Positions 10,006 through 18,948 of a DNA stretch of 40,725 bases are shown one piece after another (the first letter of the stretch is position 1; every line of letters starts with the position of its first letter). The DNA is from a virus (lineage: Duplodnaviria; Caudoviricetes), in IMG/VR virus record IMGVR_UViG_3300040985_002047, positions 1 through 40,725 of that record; one strand, given 5' to 3'. The position numbers and the translations under genes are program-made. Below the pieces are notes generated by a model. That model was given only the letters and a program-made list of their open reading frames with translations, was not told the DNA's origin and made no database searches.

Positions 10006-10170
10006 ATGATTACAAATCAAAACATCCTAGAACATTCAAAGCCAATCATTGTTAAAGCTGTATCCGGCCTTGCCTATAAAACCATAAGACAAGAACTCAT
10101 CACTTCTTATGGAGAGACAGACGCAAGAAAGATCTTAGATTTCGTCTGTAAAACCTTTCAGAGCTTATAG
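10006..10170 (+). CDS. Hypothetical early protein (54 aa)
   Basis: Start revised to the ATG at 10006 with an A-rich leader (aactaaaaacaccATG). Confidence 0.65.
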   Translation: MITNQNILEHSKPIIVKAVSGLAYKTIRQELITSYGETDARKILDFVCKTFQSL

Positions 10171-10196
10171 GCCTTGAGCTTTCTTAAGTTTTATTT

Positions 10197-10229
10197 AAAA
10201 GAGTCTCAACGAATTTGAGGCTCTTTTTT
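10197..10229 (+). terminator. Intrinsic terminator
   Basis: aaaagagtctcaa-cgaat-ttgaggctctttttt. Confidence 0.8.
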
Positions 10230-10429
10230 ATCAATTAACATAAAACCACATTTAAATCCCCCTTACTCAACCTTAACATATAAAACGTATACAAAGACCA
10301 AATATACATTAAAATCCAGCTACCACACCTTTAAATCCTATTTTTACACCCCTAAACAAACATCGCGCACACCATCCTTACACTTTGTTCTTTTTAAAAC
10401 TACTAGTTAAAGAGTGTGATTAAAAACAT

Positions 10430-10735
10430 ATTAAAATAGCTTTCCCCACTTTGCCCGTATCAACCCAGTTAAAACCCAAACAAAATGGGACAGTTTGTTT
10501 TGTGTTAGTACTGCTATTATATTATAATATTATATATATATTACCCATATATATATAGTATATATTATCTCTCTCTCTCTCTTTTTTTTTTTAAATAAAT
10601 ATATATATACTAAGAAACACTGGGTTTTGGGTAAAGTCTAAGAAATCCGCAGTACTAAAGCATAATCTTCAACCCACTACCTCGGGCAAGAAGAGGGTTA
10701 AAGCATGAAAATCTAACAATTTCATGCTTTTTAGC
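10430..10735. other. Putative replication origin
   Basis: Non-coding; AT-rich low-complexity core ((TA)n, (CT)n, poly-T) flanked by AACCCA/TGGGTT-type repeats in both orientations; upstream of the replication genes. Confidence 0.6.
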
Positions 10736-10811
10736 TTTACTTTTATATATCTATAACTTATTATATATGTATAATCTGTACTATAAAATACTATATAATA
10801 TTACATTTATC

Positions 10812-10970
10812 ATGAGCCAATCAAAAGCTGCTATCGTTATTGTTTTAGATCTTGATACGAGAGAAATTATAGAGGATTTAAGAGGCTTAGTGCCTCTTTC
10901 CACCTTTATCAGAGAAGAAATAATTAAGCCTTATATAAAAAAGAAGAAATCCACCCCTTTTGATTCATAA
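10812..10970 (+). CDS. Ribbon-helix-helix (CopG-like) regulator
   Basis: 'AIVIVLDLDTREIIEDLRGLVPLSTFIREEII' beta-helix-helix pattern; start revised to 10812. Confidence 0.6.
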   Translation: MSQSKAAIVIVLDLDTREIIEDLRGLVPLSTFIREEIIKPYIKKKKSTPFDS

Positions 10971-11017
10971 CCCAATTTGTTAGTAGTATTTTTTATCACC
11001 TAACAATACAATCTATT

Positions 11018-12430
11018 ATGGATCTTCCTAAAAATATACAAGGGATTATTGACGGTTATTTGAAGCCTTCTAATCCGCACACGCCTGATGAATCTTTATT
11101 TCTAGCAGTCCTTTCTCAGATAAGTCAAATTATGTGTTTTAATAATATAAAAATAGTATCTAAAGAGCTTAATTACAATACAGCTCCTAATGTTTACATA
11201 TTAAATTTCATGGAAAGCGGAGAAGGAAAAGATAAACCAATAAAGAATATAAAAGATTGTCTTTTAGATTTTGAGGATCAGAAGAGACAGCTCTGTAATT
11301 TATATATGCAGAATAAGAGAGAGGAAAACACTTTGCATATTGAGCAGACAGAGATGAAATCAGCTGATGCTAGAGAGTACAGAAAAGCAAACGCTCCATT
11401 ATATCTAAGATACGAGGCAAGTGATGGAACAGTTGAAGGATTCTTAAAAGCTCGTGAGACGCTTAATGATGCTAACTTTGGTTCTTTGCATTTTGGTAAC
11501 TCTGAGTTTGTAGATTACATAGACACTAAAAGCGAATCAAGAAAGTACATGATGACCTATTTGATAGAAACATTTGATAATGGGAATTTCAGTCCTAAGA
11601 TTATTAAAGGCGATAACTTTGAAGAAAAGCGGTATTCTGTTCCTCAAACATTTTTTGCACATTCCAGTATAGAGTTCTTAATAGAGAATGAACTTGCGAA
11701 TAATACTCTTAATAGGTTTTTGCAGTCTGGGTTGGCTAGGCGTGCTATTATTTCGTATCCTGAAAAACAAGTAATGAAGAAAAGCACGAAAGAAGAAAGA
11801 TTAGAAAGAACGAAAAGTGCGATAGAAGGGAAGAAGCAAACGATTGATTACTTTAATCAATTCTTAGATAAAGTGGCTTTTTATAAGAAAGAATATCTTT
11901 ACGGCCTTGAGCCAGAGATAAAACTCGCAGGGCATAAAGAGATAACAATTCATCCAGATCTTGTAGATATAATAGAAGAATACAAAGAAGATATTAAATT
12001 ATCCTCAGAGAAAGAAACTATTACAGCGGTGAAGTTAGAGATGAAAAACCGGGAATGGCGGACAATAAAGCTAGCTGGTTGTATAACAGCTTTTACTTCT
12101 AGCGGATTTGAGATACAGAAACAGCATTGGGAAGAAGCTTTAAGAATAACAGAGTATTTTGCTAAACAGTTCAAGAGATTCTTTGTAGAAAAGATCAACA
12201 ACAGTATGAGTGATGAAAAGGTTTACGATTACATAAAGAGTAATCCAGGATGTACTAAGACAGATTTAAGAAGAAATGCGGTACAAAGGAAGAACCGTGA
12301 TAACTTACAATTCTTTGAAGCTTTAATATCAAACACTAGCCAGAGGTGTGCTGATAATGAAGAAGAATTAAGGATTGAGCAAATTACGAATAAGACACTT
12401 TATTTTATAATCTCCAAGCAAGATGATTAA
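11018..12430 (+). CDS. DUF3987-like P-loop ATPase (primase-associated helicase type)
   Basis: 'PNVYILNFMESGEGKD' Walker A, 'SDGTVEG', 'SGLARR', C-terminal winged-helix-like segment. Confidence 0.75.
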   Translation: MDLPKNIQGIIDGYLKPSNPHTPDESLFLAVLSQISQIMCFNNIKIVSKELNYNTAPNVYILNFMESGEGKDKPIKNIKDCLLDFEDQKRQLCNLYMQNKREENTLHIEQTEMKSADAREYRKANAPLYLRYEASDGTVEGFLKARETLNDANFGSLHFGNSEFVDYIDTKSESRKYMMTYLIETFDNGNFSPKIIKGDNFEEKRYSVPQTFFAHSSIEFLIENELANNTLNRFLQSGLARRAIISYPEKQVMKKSTKEERLERTKSAIEGKKQTIDYFNQFLDKVAFYKKEYLYGLEPEIKLAGHKEITIHPDLVDIIEEYKEDIKLSSEKETITAVKLEMKNREWRTIKLAGCITAFTSSGFEIQKQHWEEALRITEYFAKQFKRFFVEKINNSMSDEKVYDYIKSNPGCTKTDLRRNAVQRKNRDNLQFFEALISNTSQRCADNEEELRIEQITNKTLYFIISKQDD

Positions 12431-12947
12431 TAAAATCAAATCTCGCAGCATCATTGATATTGAAGACATAATCCCAGAACAAATAGCGGATGTATTTAAT
12501 CAAGAAAAGAATTTCAATCGGTACGTATCACAGATAGAACAGAAACGTAAGAAGTTCACCCAGTATAATATGATACAAGCTTTTAAAGGACCTGATTTAG
12601 TGAATCATTGTTATGAAATGATGAAATCTAGACGTCATAAGCCTATATATGAAAACATATTAAACATGTTACGAACTGATAACTCAAATATCTTCACTGA
12701 ACAAATCCAGAAAGCCAAAGCTGTTCCTTTATCAGAGATTTTCAGTAATCATGGTTTAATAGAAACAAAGAAGTGGTATGTATGCCCATTCCATGATGAT
12801 ACAAAACCATCAATGACAATCCAGAGATCTAAAGCAGGATACGAATACTTTAAGTGCTATGTATGTCAGGAATGGGGGTCAGGAATAGATTTTATAATGA
12901 AGAATAATTGTGTTTCTTTTAAAGAAGCTGTAAGGATTCTTAGTTAA
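12423..12947 (+). CDS. CHC2 zinc-finger protein (primase zinc-binding domain, no TOPRIM domain)
   Basis: 'CPFHDDTKPS...FKCYVC...GIDFIM...SFKEAVRIL'. Confidence 0.88.
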   Translation: MINKIKSRSIIDIEDIIPEQIADVFNQEKNFNRYVSQIEQKRKKFTQYNMIQAFKGPDLVNHCYEMMKSRRHKPIYENILNMLRTDNSNIFTEQIQKAKAVPLSEIFSNHGLIETKKWYVCPFHDDTKPSMTIQRSKAGYEYFKCYVCQEWGSGIDFIMKNNCVSFKEAVRILS

Positions 12948-12981
12948 TTAATTAGTATTTTATATTTTAATTTTATATATT

Positions 12982-13317
12982 ATGTTGAAACAAATTTATC
13001 GATGGCAGGGAGACCCAAAATGTAATTTTACTCTCGATTCAAATGGGAAGAAAGGTGAAGATTCTGAGACTAGAATTGGGATTAATTTTAATAGTGAATG
13101 TATTACTGAACTTGATATATGTAATGACAACGGATGCTCTATGTACAGCGATCAACAAGCTATTAATATTACTATAAAAGGAGAATTGGAATTCTTACAA
13201 ATAATAGAAGCTTTCAAGAATTTTAAAAAAAGAACTCCAACATTAAAAGATCGGTTTATGTACTTTATAACAGGAGATATGAGGTATATAGATACAGATT
13301 TATTTTCATCTCAATGA
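12982..13317 (+). CDS. Hypothetical protein
   Basis: 111-aa ORF in operon. Confidence 0.65.
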   Translation: MLKQIYRWQGDPKCNFTLDSNGKKGEDSETRIGINFNSECITELDICNDNGCSMYSDQQAINITIKGELEFLQIIEAFKNFKKRTPTLKDRFMYFITGDMRYIDTDLFSSQ

Positions 13318-13326
13318 TAAAAACTC

Positions 13327-13355
13327 TTGACAAGAGCCTTACAATTCCTTAAGAT
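13327..13355 (+). promoter_or_regulatory. Sigma70-type promoter
   Basis: TTGACA-17 nt-TAAGAT. Confidence 0.82.
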
Positions 13356-13361
13356 AAAAGC

Positions 13362-13468
13362 AGGGCTTGTGGTGGGCTTTATATCGTAAGGAGGTTCAAG
13401 TAAGCCTCCTTTACGATTGGAAAAGCCGTTGAGGCGAAGCCGAAAGGCGTTCTTGGCCACCATCCCCA
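13362..13468 (+). ncRNA. Structured 5' leader of the SSB-like gene
   Basis: Nested stems TGGTGG/CCACCA, GGCTTT/AAAGCC, ATCGTAA/TTACGAT, AGGAGGTT/AGCCTCCT, beginning at the predicted transcription start. Confidence 0.6.
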
Positions 13469-13498
13469 AACACGCTATATTATTTAACACGCTATACT

Positions 13499-14236
13499 AT
13501 GACATTTTTAAATCCATCAACTTCGGAGAAACCTATTAATCCTACGACAAAGTTTCTTGAGTGGAAAAGCTCAAAGAAGTGTTTTCAGTATTATAATAAG
13601 GAAAAGAAAGAAAACATTGAGGTAAAACTCCCTATAAGTTTCATTCCTATAAAGAATGTATCGAGTGTTACGGGATATTCAGATCAGTTAAATTCTGGAA
13701 TATGGAGTAATGAGGTAGAACAAACAGGAAAAGAATCTCTTACTATATTTGCAGCGAAGTACAGTAAAGCTGAAGACAAGAAGAAATCTTGTGTTATTGC
13801 TCAAGGGTTTTACAAGGATATCAAAGGAGATATTAATTCTCAAGGAGGTAAATTTACCGCAGTGCTTTACTCTATATTAAACAAGGAGCTTATAAAGTTT
13901 GAGTTTTCTGGGTGCTCGTTAAGTGCTTGGATAGAACAGGGTCAAGCTTTATCACAGAGTCCTAATCTTTTAAGTGTAGAAACATTTGAGGAAAAGAAGA
14001 AAGGATCTAATAAGTATTTTGTTCCTGTATTTACTTCAGGTAAAAAACTGGATGAGAAGCAATACGCTGAAGCTGTTATAGCTGGGGATTCTGTAGGAAG
14101 TTACTTTAAAGATATGAAGAAATACCAGGCTCAGTATACTGAGGCTCAAGAAGAAACAAGCCCTGAGCAAGAATTAGCTACAGAAGTATTTTCTGAGGAC
14201 GCTGAAGACGAAGCTAAAGGGAATTTACCATTTTAG
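13499..14236 (+). CDS. Single-stranded DNA-binding/annealing-type protein
   Basis: 'NPTTKFLEWKS...GIWSNEV' beta-rich body; acidic tail ending EDEAKGNLPF. Confidence 0.65.
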   Translation: MTFLNPSTSEKPINPTTKFLEWKSSKKCFQYYNKEKKENIEVKLPISFIPIKNVSSVTGYSDQLNSGIWSNEVEQTGKESLTIFAAKYSKAEDKKKSCVIAQGFYKDIKGDINSQGGKFTAVLYSILNKELIKFEFSGCSLSAWIEQGQALSQSPNLLSVETFEEKKKGSNKYFVPVFTSGKKLDEKQYAEAVIAGDSVGSYFKDMKKYQAQYTEAQEETSPEQELATEVFSEDAEDEAKGNLPF

Positions 14237-14257
14237 CCGTATTAATAAACTTCAACA

Positions 14258-14827
14258 ATGAATAACAAGATACAAAGACATTTCGAGAAAGTGAGAGGGA
14301 GTACAACATTGATTTACTCTCTCTCTTTCCTTTCGGATATTATTAAAGGAGACTCGAGGCTTGATTGTTATATAGTAGATAATCTTCTTTGTGGAACGAC
14401 TTACAAAGAGAACGGCTGTAGTAATTGCAAGGATCTTTTAGTGGAGATAAAACAAACAGAGTATCCTGAGTTACAGTTTATGGCGTTAAAGTCTGAGTTT
14501 AGAGGTACAGGACAACAGCAACACCCTATATGTCAGGAATTCTTCTTAAAGGATGACGAGTATTTCAAGTGTTACGAGCTTCCTGTATACAGTAATGAGG
14601 ATGATCGCAGTGGGTTTATAGATATCGTAAGGTTTAAGAATAACGTTATAGAGATCTGTGATGTGAAGCCTGAAATAATGGATAAACCTTTAACTCCAAG
14701 TATGAATAGAAAGATAGCTTCTCAGTTATTCCATTACAAGAGAATGCTTAAAGAAAGAATAGGAGATGATTATCCTATTAAGTGTTACGCTTTTTCTGAA
14801 CAAGGAGTTTATGAGTTAGTGGAGTAA
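14258..14827 (+). CDS. PD-(D/E)XK nuclease family protein
   Basis: 'ELPVY...GFIDIV...ICDVKP...SQLFHY'. Confidence 0.75.
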   Translation: MNNKIQRHFEKVRGSTTLIYSLSFLSDIIKGDSRLDCYIVDNLLCGTTYKENGCSNCKDLLVEIKQTEYPELQFMALKSEFRGTGQQQHPICQEFFLKDDEYFKCYELPVYSNEDDRSGFIDIVRFKNNVIEICDVKPEIMDKPLTPSMNRKIASQLFHYKRMLKERIGDDYPIKCYAFSEQGVYELVE

Positions 14828-14857
14828 ATTATTAAGAGATAGATTTAAACAACTACT

Positions 14858-15061
14858 ATGAAAATAACAATCAGAACAGTATCGAACGGATATATTTTAG
14901 AAACAGAAGATAATGCAATAGTATTTGATACAGATGAAAATCATTATGAATCAATTCATACAATGCTTTATACCTTACTTGAACAAATTGGAGAATACGG
15001 ATCAAAGCACGATGAAAAAAGAATAAACATTAAGATTGAGGAGAAAGGGAAAGATTATTAA
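14858..15061 (+). CDS. Hypothetical protein
   Basis: 67 aa, 'MKITIRTVSNGYIL'. Confidence 0.7.
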   Translation: MKITIRTVSNGYILETEDNAIVFDTDENHYESIHTMLYTLLEQIGEYGSKHDEKRINIKIEEKGKDY

Positions 15062-15100
15062 TCTTTACATTTCGGAATAATATTAATTAATAATCTTATT

Positions 15101-15628
15101 ATGGAATTACAGACTACAATAAAAAAGATAAAAGCTGATGCCTCTGTCTTTGTTAAGGATAATTTAGAATTAAGAGTTACAAGCGATGACTCCTTCACTT
15201 ACGCTGGAGAAGTTCTTATACTTACAAAGAAACGCTTGAAAAGGATAGAGTTATTAAGAAAAGAGCTGACAACTCCTATAAATCTTTCTCTTAAAAAGAT
15301 TAATTCTATGTTCAAACAAGAAAGTGCTCCTTTCAGTATTCTTGAGAATACTCTTAAATCTGAGATGTCTCAGTATAATACTAAGAGAGAGGAAGAGCTC
15401 AAACAACACACAGAAGTCCAGGAGGCTCCTATTTCTAAAACAAGGACGGAGGAAGGGTCTACCAGTATCAGGAAAGTATGGAAATTTGACGTACGTAAAC
15501 TTGAAGAGGTTCCTAGAGAATTTCTAACAATAGACCATGTAAAAGTTAATTCAGCTATAAGATCAGGGAATACTGATATAGCAGGACTCAATGTTTACCA
15601 AGAACAATCTATATCAGTAAGAACTTAA
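15101..15628 (+). CDS. Coiled-coil phage protein (Gp157-like C-terminus)
   Basis: 'RKELTTPI...INSMFK', 'VPREFLTIDHVKVNSAIRSGNTDIAGL'. Confidence 0.65.
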   Translation: MELQTTIKKIKADASVFVKDNLELRVTSDDSFTYAGEVLILTKKRLKRIELLRKELTTPINLSLKKINSMFKQESAPFSILENTLKSEMSQYNTKREEELKQHTEVQEAPISKTRTEEGSTSIRKVWKFDVRKLEEVPREFLTIDHVKVNSAIRSGNTDIAGLNVYQEQSISVRT

Positions 15629-15641
15629 ATTAAACAAACCT

Positions 15642-15950
15642 ATGAACCCATACCAACAAGAAAGATTTGAAATAATCCAAGAAGCTTTAGCGGTTCTAGC
15701 AGAAGCGGCATTAGATTTTGATAGTAGTACGCAGGAAATACCTATTGTCCCTCCGAAGTTTAGTAAAGAGGATATTGTTAATTGTGCAATAATATGTAAC
15801 ACAATATTTTCTAATTCTTCTGTTCATAAGATGCAGGAAGACAAGATCTCTTTAGAAGATGGAAAAGAACTATCTTATAAACTAGGAAACGATTTTCGTA
15901 TGTATATGAGATCTACAACGGGTATTGATATGCATGATTTATATAATTAA
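15642..15950 (+). CDS. Hypothetical protein
   Basis: 102-aa ORF in operon. Confidence 0.7.
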   Translation: MNPYQQERFEIIQEALAVLAEAALDFDSSTQEIPIVPPKFSKEDIVNCAIICNTIFSNSSVHKMQEDKISLEDGKELSYKLGNDFRMYMRSTTGIDMHDLYN

Positions 15951-15959
15951 ACTTTTAAA

Positions 15960-16415
15960 ATGAGTTATAAAGAAACATCTTTTCAAACGGAGGTACTTCA
16001 TAGTCTTAACGAACTAGAAGGAATGATGCATTACTTTAAAATTCCTGATGATAGTTTGGGGTATAAGCCTTACGATGCTTATCTTGTACACAATGGAAAG
16101 TTTTATGCTTTTGAGTATAAAGTTTCAAGACTTAAGACAAAGCTTAATTTTAAGGCGATGTTTTCTAATAGAGAACATCAGATAACAGCCATGGAACGTG
16201 TAGAAAAATCAGGAGGAGAAAGTTTCTGTATTATAGCTGTGGCTTATAAGCAATCTAATGGCAGATATCATTATTCTGGATATATGTTGCCATATTATTT
16301 CTTAAAGCCTCTTTACGAGAAAGGGACGTGTACTTTTGAGGAAGTTGAAGACTACAAGATAGAAAGATTTAAGAAGGATTACAGGTATATTTGGGATATT
16401 TTCAGATATTTATAA
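15960..16415 (+). CDS. Holliday junction resolvase, RecU-like
   Basis: 'KIPD...KPYDAY...FYAFEYK...HQITAM...SGG'. Confidence 0.8.
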   Translation: MSYKETSFQTEVLHSLNELEGMMHYFKIPDDSLGYKPYDAYLVHNGKFYAFEYKVSRLKTKLNFKAMFSNREHQITAMERVEKSGGESFCIIAVAYKQSNGRYHYSGYMLPYYFLKPLYEKGTCTFEEVEDYKIERFKKDYRYIWDIFRYL

Positions 16416-16444
16416 AAGCATTTTACTTTAAATAATAAATTTAT

Positions 16445-16609
16445 ATGATCAACTGGAAAAAACAAGCATGGCTTAAAGCGATGAAGGAAAAATCCGAAGA
16501 AGAAGAGAAAATCAAGGAATGGGTAAAAACAGGAGAACCTGATAAAATAATAAAAGCAATACATGAGAAGAACAAAAACAGGATCAAAGCGGAAGATCTC
16601 CCTTTTTAA
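16445..16609 (+). CDS. 54-aa protein ending in EDLPF
   Basis: MINWKKQAWLKAMKEK...KAEDLPF; below the ORF-track cutoff. Confidence 0.65.
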   Translation: MINWKKQAWLKAMKEKSEEEEKIKEWVKTGEPDKIIKAIHEKNKNRIKAEDLPF

Positions 16610-16737
16610 GAATACTTGTAAGGGATGTCGAATACCGAATACTACAAATGAAATATATTGTAGTTCTTACTGTGAGAAATGGGATAATATAGATTATGAC
16701 CTAAGTCGTTGAGCGAAGCGAAAGACTGTTGATACTC

Positions 16738-16944
16738 TTACATAAGTTCTCTAATATCGTAGACTTCTAAAGCTAACATTATTTTACAAGCACTAGAAAA
16801 AGAAGGTTCAACTATACCTCTTTCTATATGACTAATAGTTTGGTTTGATACACCTGAAATCTGTGCAAGTTGTCTTTGGCTACGTATTTTTCTAGATAAT
16901 CTTAAATCAAGTATTTTTTCAGGATCGATTTTGTATTGTTGCAT
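16738..16944 (-). CDS. XRE/Cro-C1 HTH transcriptional regulator
   Basis: 'SQRQLAQISGVSNQTISHIERGIVEPS'. Confidence 0.9.
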   Translation of the reverse strand: MQQYKIDPEKILDLRLSRKIRSQRQLAQISGVSNQTISHIERGIVEPSFSSACKIMLALEVYDIRELM

Positions 16945-16972
16945 ATTATAAAAATTAAGTTATTTCTTCTAC

Positions 16973-17057
16973 ATCGTACCATTTATGAAACATAAGTGTC
17001 AATATAATAACTTATTTGTAAGATATTCTTGACATTCTAATTTATTTCAATTAAGCT
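16973..17057. promoter_or_regulatory. Divergent promoter pair
   Basis: Minus strand TTGACA(17002-16997)-18-TACGAT; plus strand TTGACA(17029-34)-17-TAAGCT; palindrome TTATG-AAA-CATAA in the minus-strand spacer. Confidence 0.7.
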
Positions 17058-17089
17058 TAGATCACACCTATTTTTTAACTTACACCATT

Positions 17090-17227
17090 ATGAACGATAT
17101 TTTTATTCAAATGAAAAAAGACCAGGAGAAGTTTTTTAGTTGTATAGATGCTCTTTCTACTGATCAGAGATTGAAACATATGAATCAGGATGAGAAAGAT
17201 GATTTCTATGAGATGCAGGCTGAGTAG
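17090..17227 (+). CDS. Small acidic early protein (45 aa)
   Basis: MNDIFIQMKKDQEK...YEMQAE; conserved leader ttaacttacaccattATG. Confidence 0.65.
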   Translation: MNDIFIQMKKDQEKFFSCIDALSTDQRLKHMNQDEKDDFYEMQAE

Positions 17228-17258
17228 CCGGCGTACGTTATTATTTAATTTAAACATC

Positions 17259-17411
17259 ATGACATTACTACAAGATTTCGCAAACAATGGTTTTACAGGA
17301 GAGTATTCAGTTCAGCTGAAGTACTTGTACAAACAAATGATTGAAAGAGATGAAGGAAAGACAATGCAAGATTTATCTAATTACATTACCAATAACATCC
17401 TAATAAAATAG
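17259..17411 (+). CDS. Small early protein (50 aa)
   Basis: Start revised to 17259 (MTLLQDFANN...). Confidence 0.6.
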   Translation: MTLLQDFANNGFTGEYSVQLKYLYKQMIERDEGKTMQDLSNYITNNILIK

Positions 17412-17416
17412 ACATT

Positions 17417-17767
17417 ATGATTTACGCTTATATTAAAAAAAGTCGTGCTTGTTATTATGACACACAACTATGGGGGAAAAATGGTAATGGGACATGGTGC
17501 TGCGATGATAGTAGTTACGATATATACTTTACAAAAGAAGAGGTAACTGATGACATAAAGAAGGCTTTGTTGGTTATAAAAAAACGACATCAGATTCCTA
17601 TTAATTCATATATTTATAAATCTTTTTCAATAAGAATAAATGAATGTCCTAAGAAGTCTCATATGGGAGATGGTTGCAAAAAAGGGTTCCCCAAACCAAT
17701 TGCATTAGAAATTCTTTCAAATCTAAACTATACACCCGTTGGAAATGACTTATTTTATAAATCATAA
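17417..17767 (+). CDS. Hypothetical early protein
   Basis: 116-aa ORF with acattATG leader. Confidence 0.7.
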   Translation: MIYAYIKKSRACYYDTQLWGKNGNGTWCCDDSSYDIYFTKEEVTDDIKKALLVIKKRHQIPINSYIYKSFSIRINECPKKSHMGDGCKKGFPKPIALEILSNLNYTPVGNDLFYKS

Positions 17768-17785
17768 AAATTAACATAAAACATT

Positions 17786-17935
17786 ATGACTACTCCTAAA
17801 AAATACAACCAAGACCCCGTAAGCTTTAATGAGTTTACAAAGAAGGAAGATGATATAAACCCTAGGTTCTTTAATCCTCCCTCAGCACAGATAGAGAAAC
17901 TTAAAAAAGAAGGTAAATGGATATGGACAAAATAA
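17786..17935 (+). CDS. Small early protein (49 aa)
   Basis: MTTPKKYNQDP...KWIWTK; leader aattaacataaaacattATG. Confidence 0.65.
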   Translation: MTTPKKYNQDPVSFNEFTKKEDDINPRFFNPPSAQIEKLKKEGKWIWTK

Positions 17936-17959
17936 CTTTATTTATTAACTTACAATACC

Positions 17960-18196
17960 ATGGATGAATCTTTAGTTGACCCAATTGATATAAACTACTG
18001 GGCAGTTGAACAACTATCTCATTTATTTAGACTAAGATGTTCTCCTAGTCACATGAGTGAAAAAATAGTATTAAATGATGACGTTATACGTAAGCTAGAA
18101 GAAGATCTCGTCCGCGACAAAAACCCCAAAGAAGATATTGAAAAATCAAAAAAAATAATGATAAGAGAAATAAGAAAACTTATATTAAAAAGATAA
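17960..18196 (+). CDS. Hypothetical early protein
   Basis: 78 aa; 23-nt repeated leader. Confidence 0.7.
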   Translation: MDESLVDPIDINYWAVEQLSHLFRLRCSPSHMSEKIVLNDDVIRKLEEDLVRDKNPKEDIEKSKKIMIREIRKLILKR

Positions 18197-18224
18197 ATAT
18201 TAATATTTATTAACTTACAATACC

Positions 18225-18380
18225 ATGAATTACAAACAAAAGGACCAACTCATCAAGACCCTTGCTCAGTCAAACGAAGAGCTATCGAAACAGATTGATT
18301 CACTTTCAAACGCAACATGGATGGCATTACTACTTATGTTCCTTATTGGAGCAATGGCTACACTTCTTAATTTTATTTAA
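18225..18380 (+). CDS. Small coiled-coil protein with C-terminal TM segment (51 aa)
   Basis: MNYKQKDQLIK...WMALLLMFLIGAMATLLNFI; same 23-nt leader as 17960. Confidence 0.7.
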   Translation: MNYKQKDQLIKTLAQSNEELSKQIDSLSNATWMALLLMFLIGAMATLLNFI

Positions 18381-18381
18381 G

Positions 18382-18513
18382 ATGATTAAATATAAAACAG
18401 GTAAGAACAGTCATGTATACATAAAAGATATCACTGTAGATGAGTTAATAAAGCTTATGATTACAGAAGATATTAAACCTATCAAACATAAAACTTATAA
18501 ATTAAACAAATAA
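18382..18513 (+). CDS. Small early protein (43 aa)
   Basis: Start revised to the ATG at 18382. Confidence 0.5.
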   Translation: MIKYKTGKNSHVYIKDITVDELIKLMITEDIKPIKHKTYKLNK

Positions 18514-18517
18514 CATT

Positions 18518-18688
18518 ATGAACACAGTACTAATCAATGTCGGCGTTATGGTAGCACTTGCCTTACTCTTAGGATTCTTCCATATCTTTAGATCGCAGAA
18601 AGAAGAAAAAGGATGGATGATCTTTGTAGTAGCTATGATGATTGCTATGGCAATCCTTTACATGCAATTACTAAGAGTTTGGTTATAA
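18518..18688 (+). CDS. Two-TM membrane protein (56 aa)
   Basis: MNTVLINVGVMVALALLLGFF...WMIFVVAMMIAMAILYMQLL. Confidence 0.7.
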   Translation: MNTVLINVGVMVALALLLGFFHIFRSQKEEKGWMIFVVAMMIAMAILYMQLLRVWL

Positions 18689-18711
18689 TTATCAATTAAA
18701 TAAACAACACT

Positions 18712-18948
18712 ATGAACATGTCACTAGGTCAGATTTTAAATTGTACAGAAGACAAGAAAATGGATGAAAGAATGAAACCTATATTCATGTTTCTTGATAC
18801 AATAAAGAGAAAACACGTCAAAAGAACTATGTTAATAACTCACGTATATCATAACAAGGAAAAGATAGAGTTCGCTTTCACTCCACCAGAAAAAGCAAAG
18901 GATACTGAGATAGGGGTTAAATGCATAGATATAAAAAGAATAGTTTAG
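18712..18948 (+). CDS. Hypothetical early protein
   Basis: 78 aa; conserved ATCAATTAA leader. Confidence 0.65.
   Translation: MNMSLGQILNCTEDKKMDERMKPIFMFLDTIKRKHVKRTMLITHVYHNKEKIEFAFTPPEKAKDTEIGVKCIDIKRIV

Noticed and set aside
13425-13448. Hammerhead ribozyme (GA-stem-GAAA)
   Set aside because: The core reads CCGTTGA rather than CTGANGA, and the strand after GAAA pairs straight back, leaving no three-way junction or NUH site
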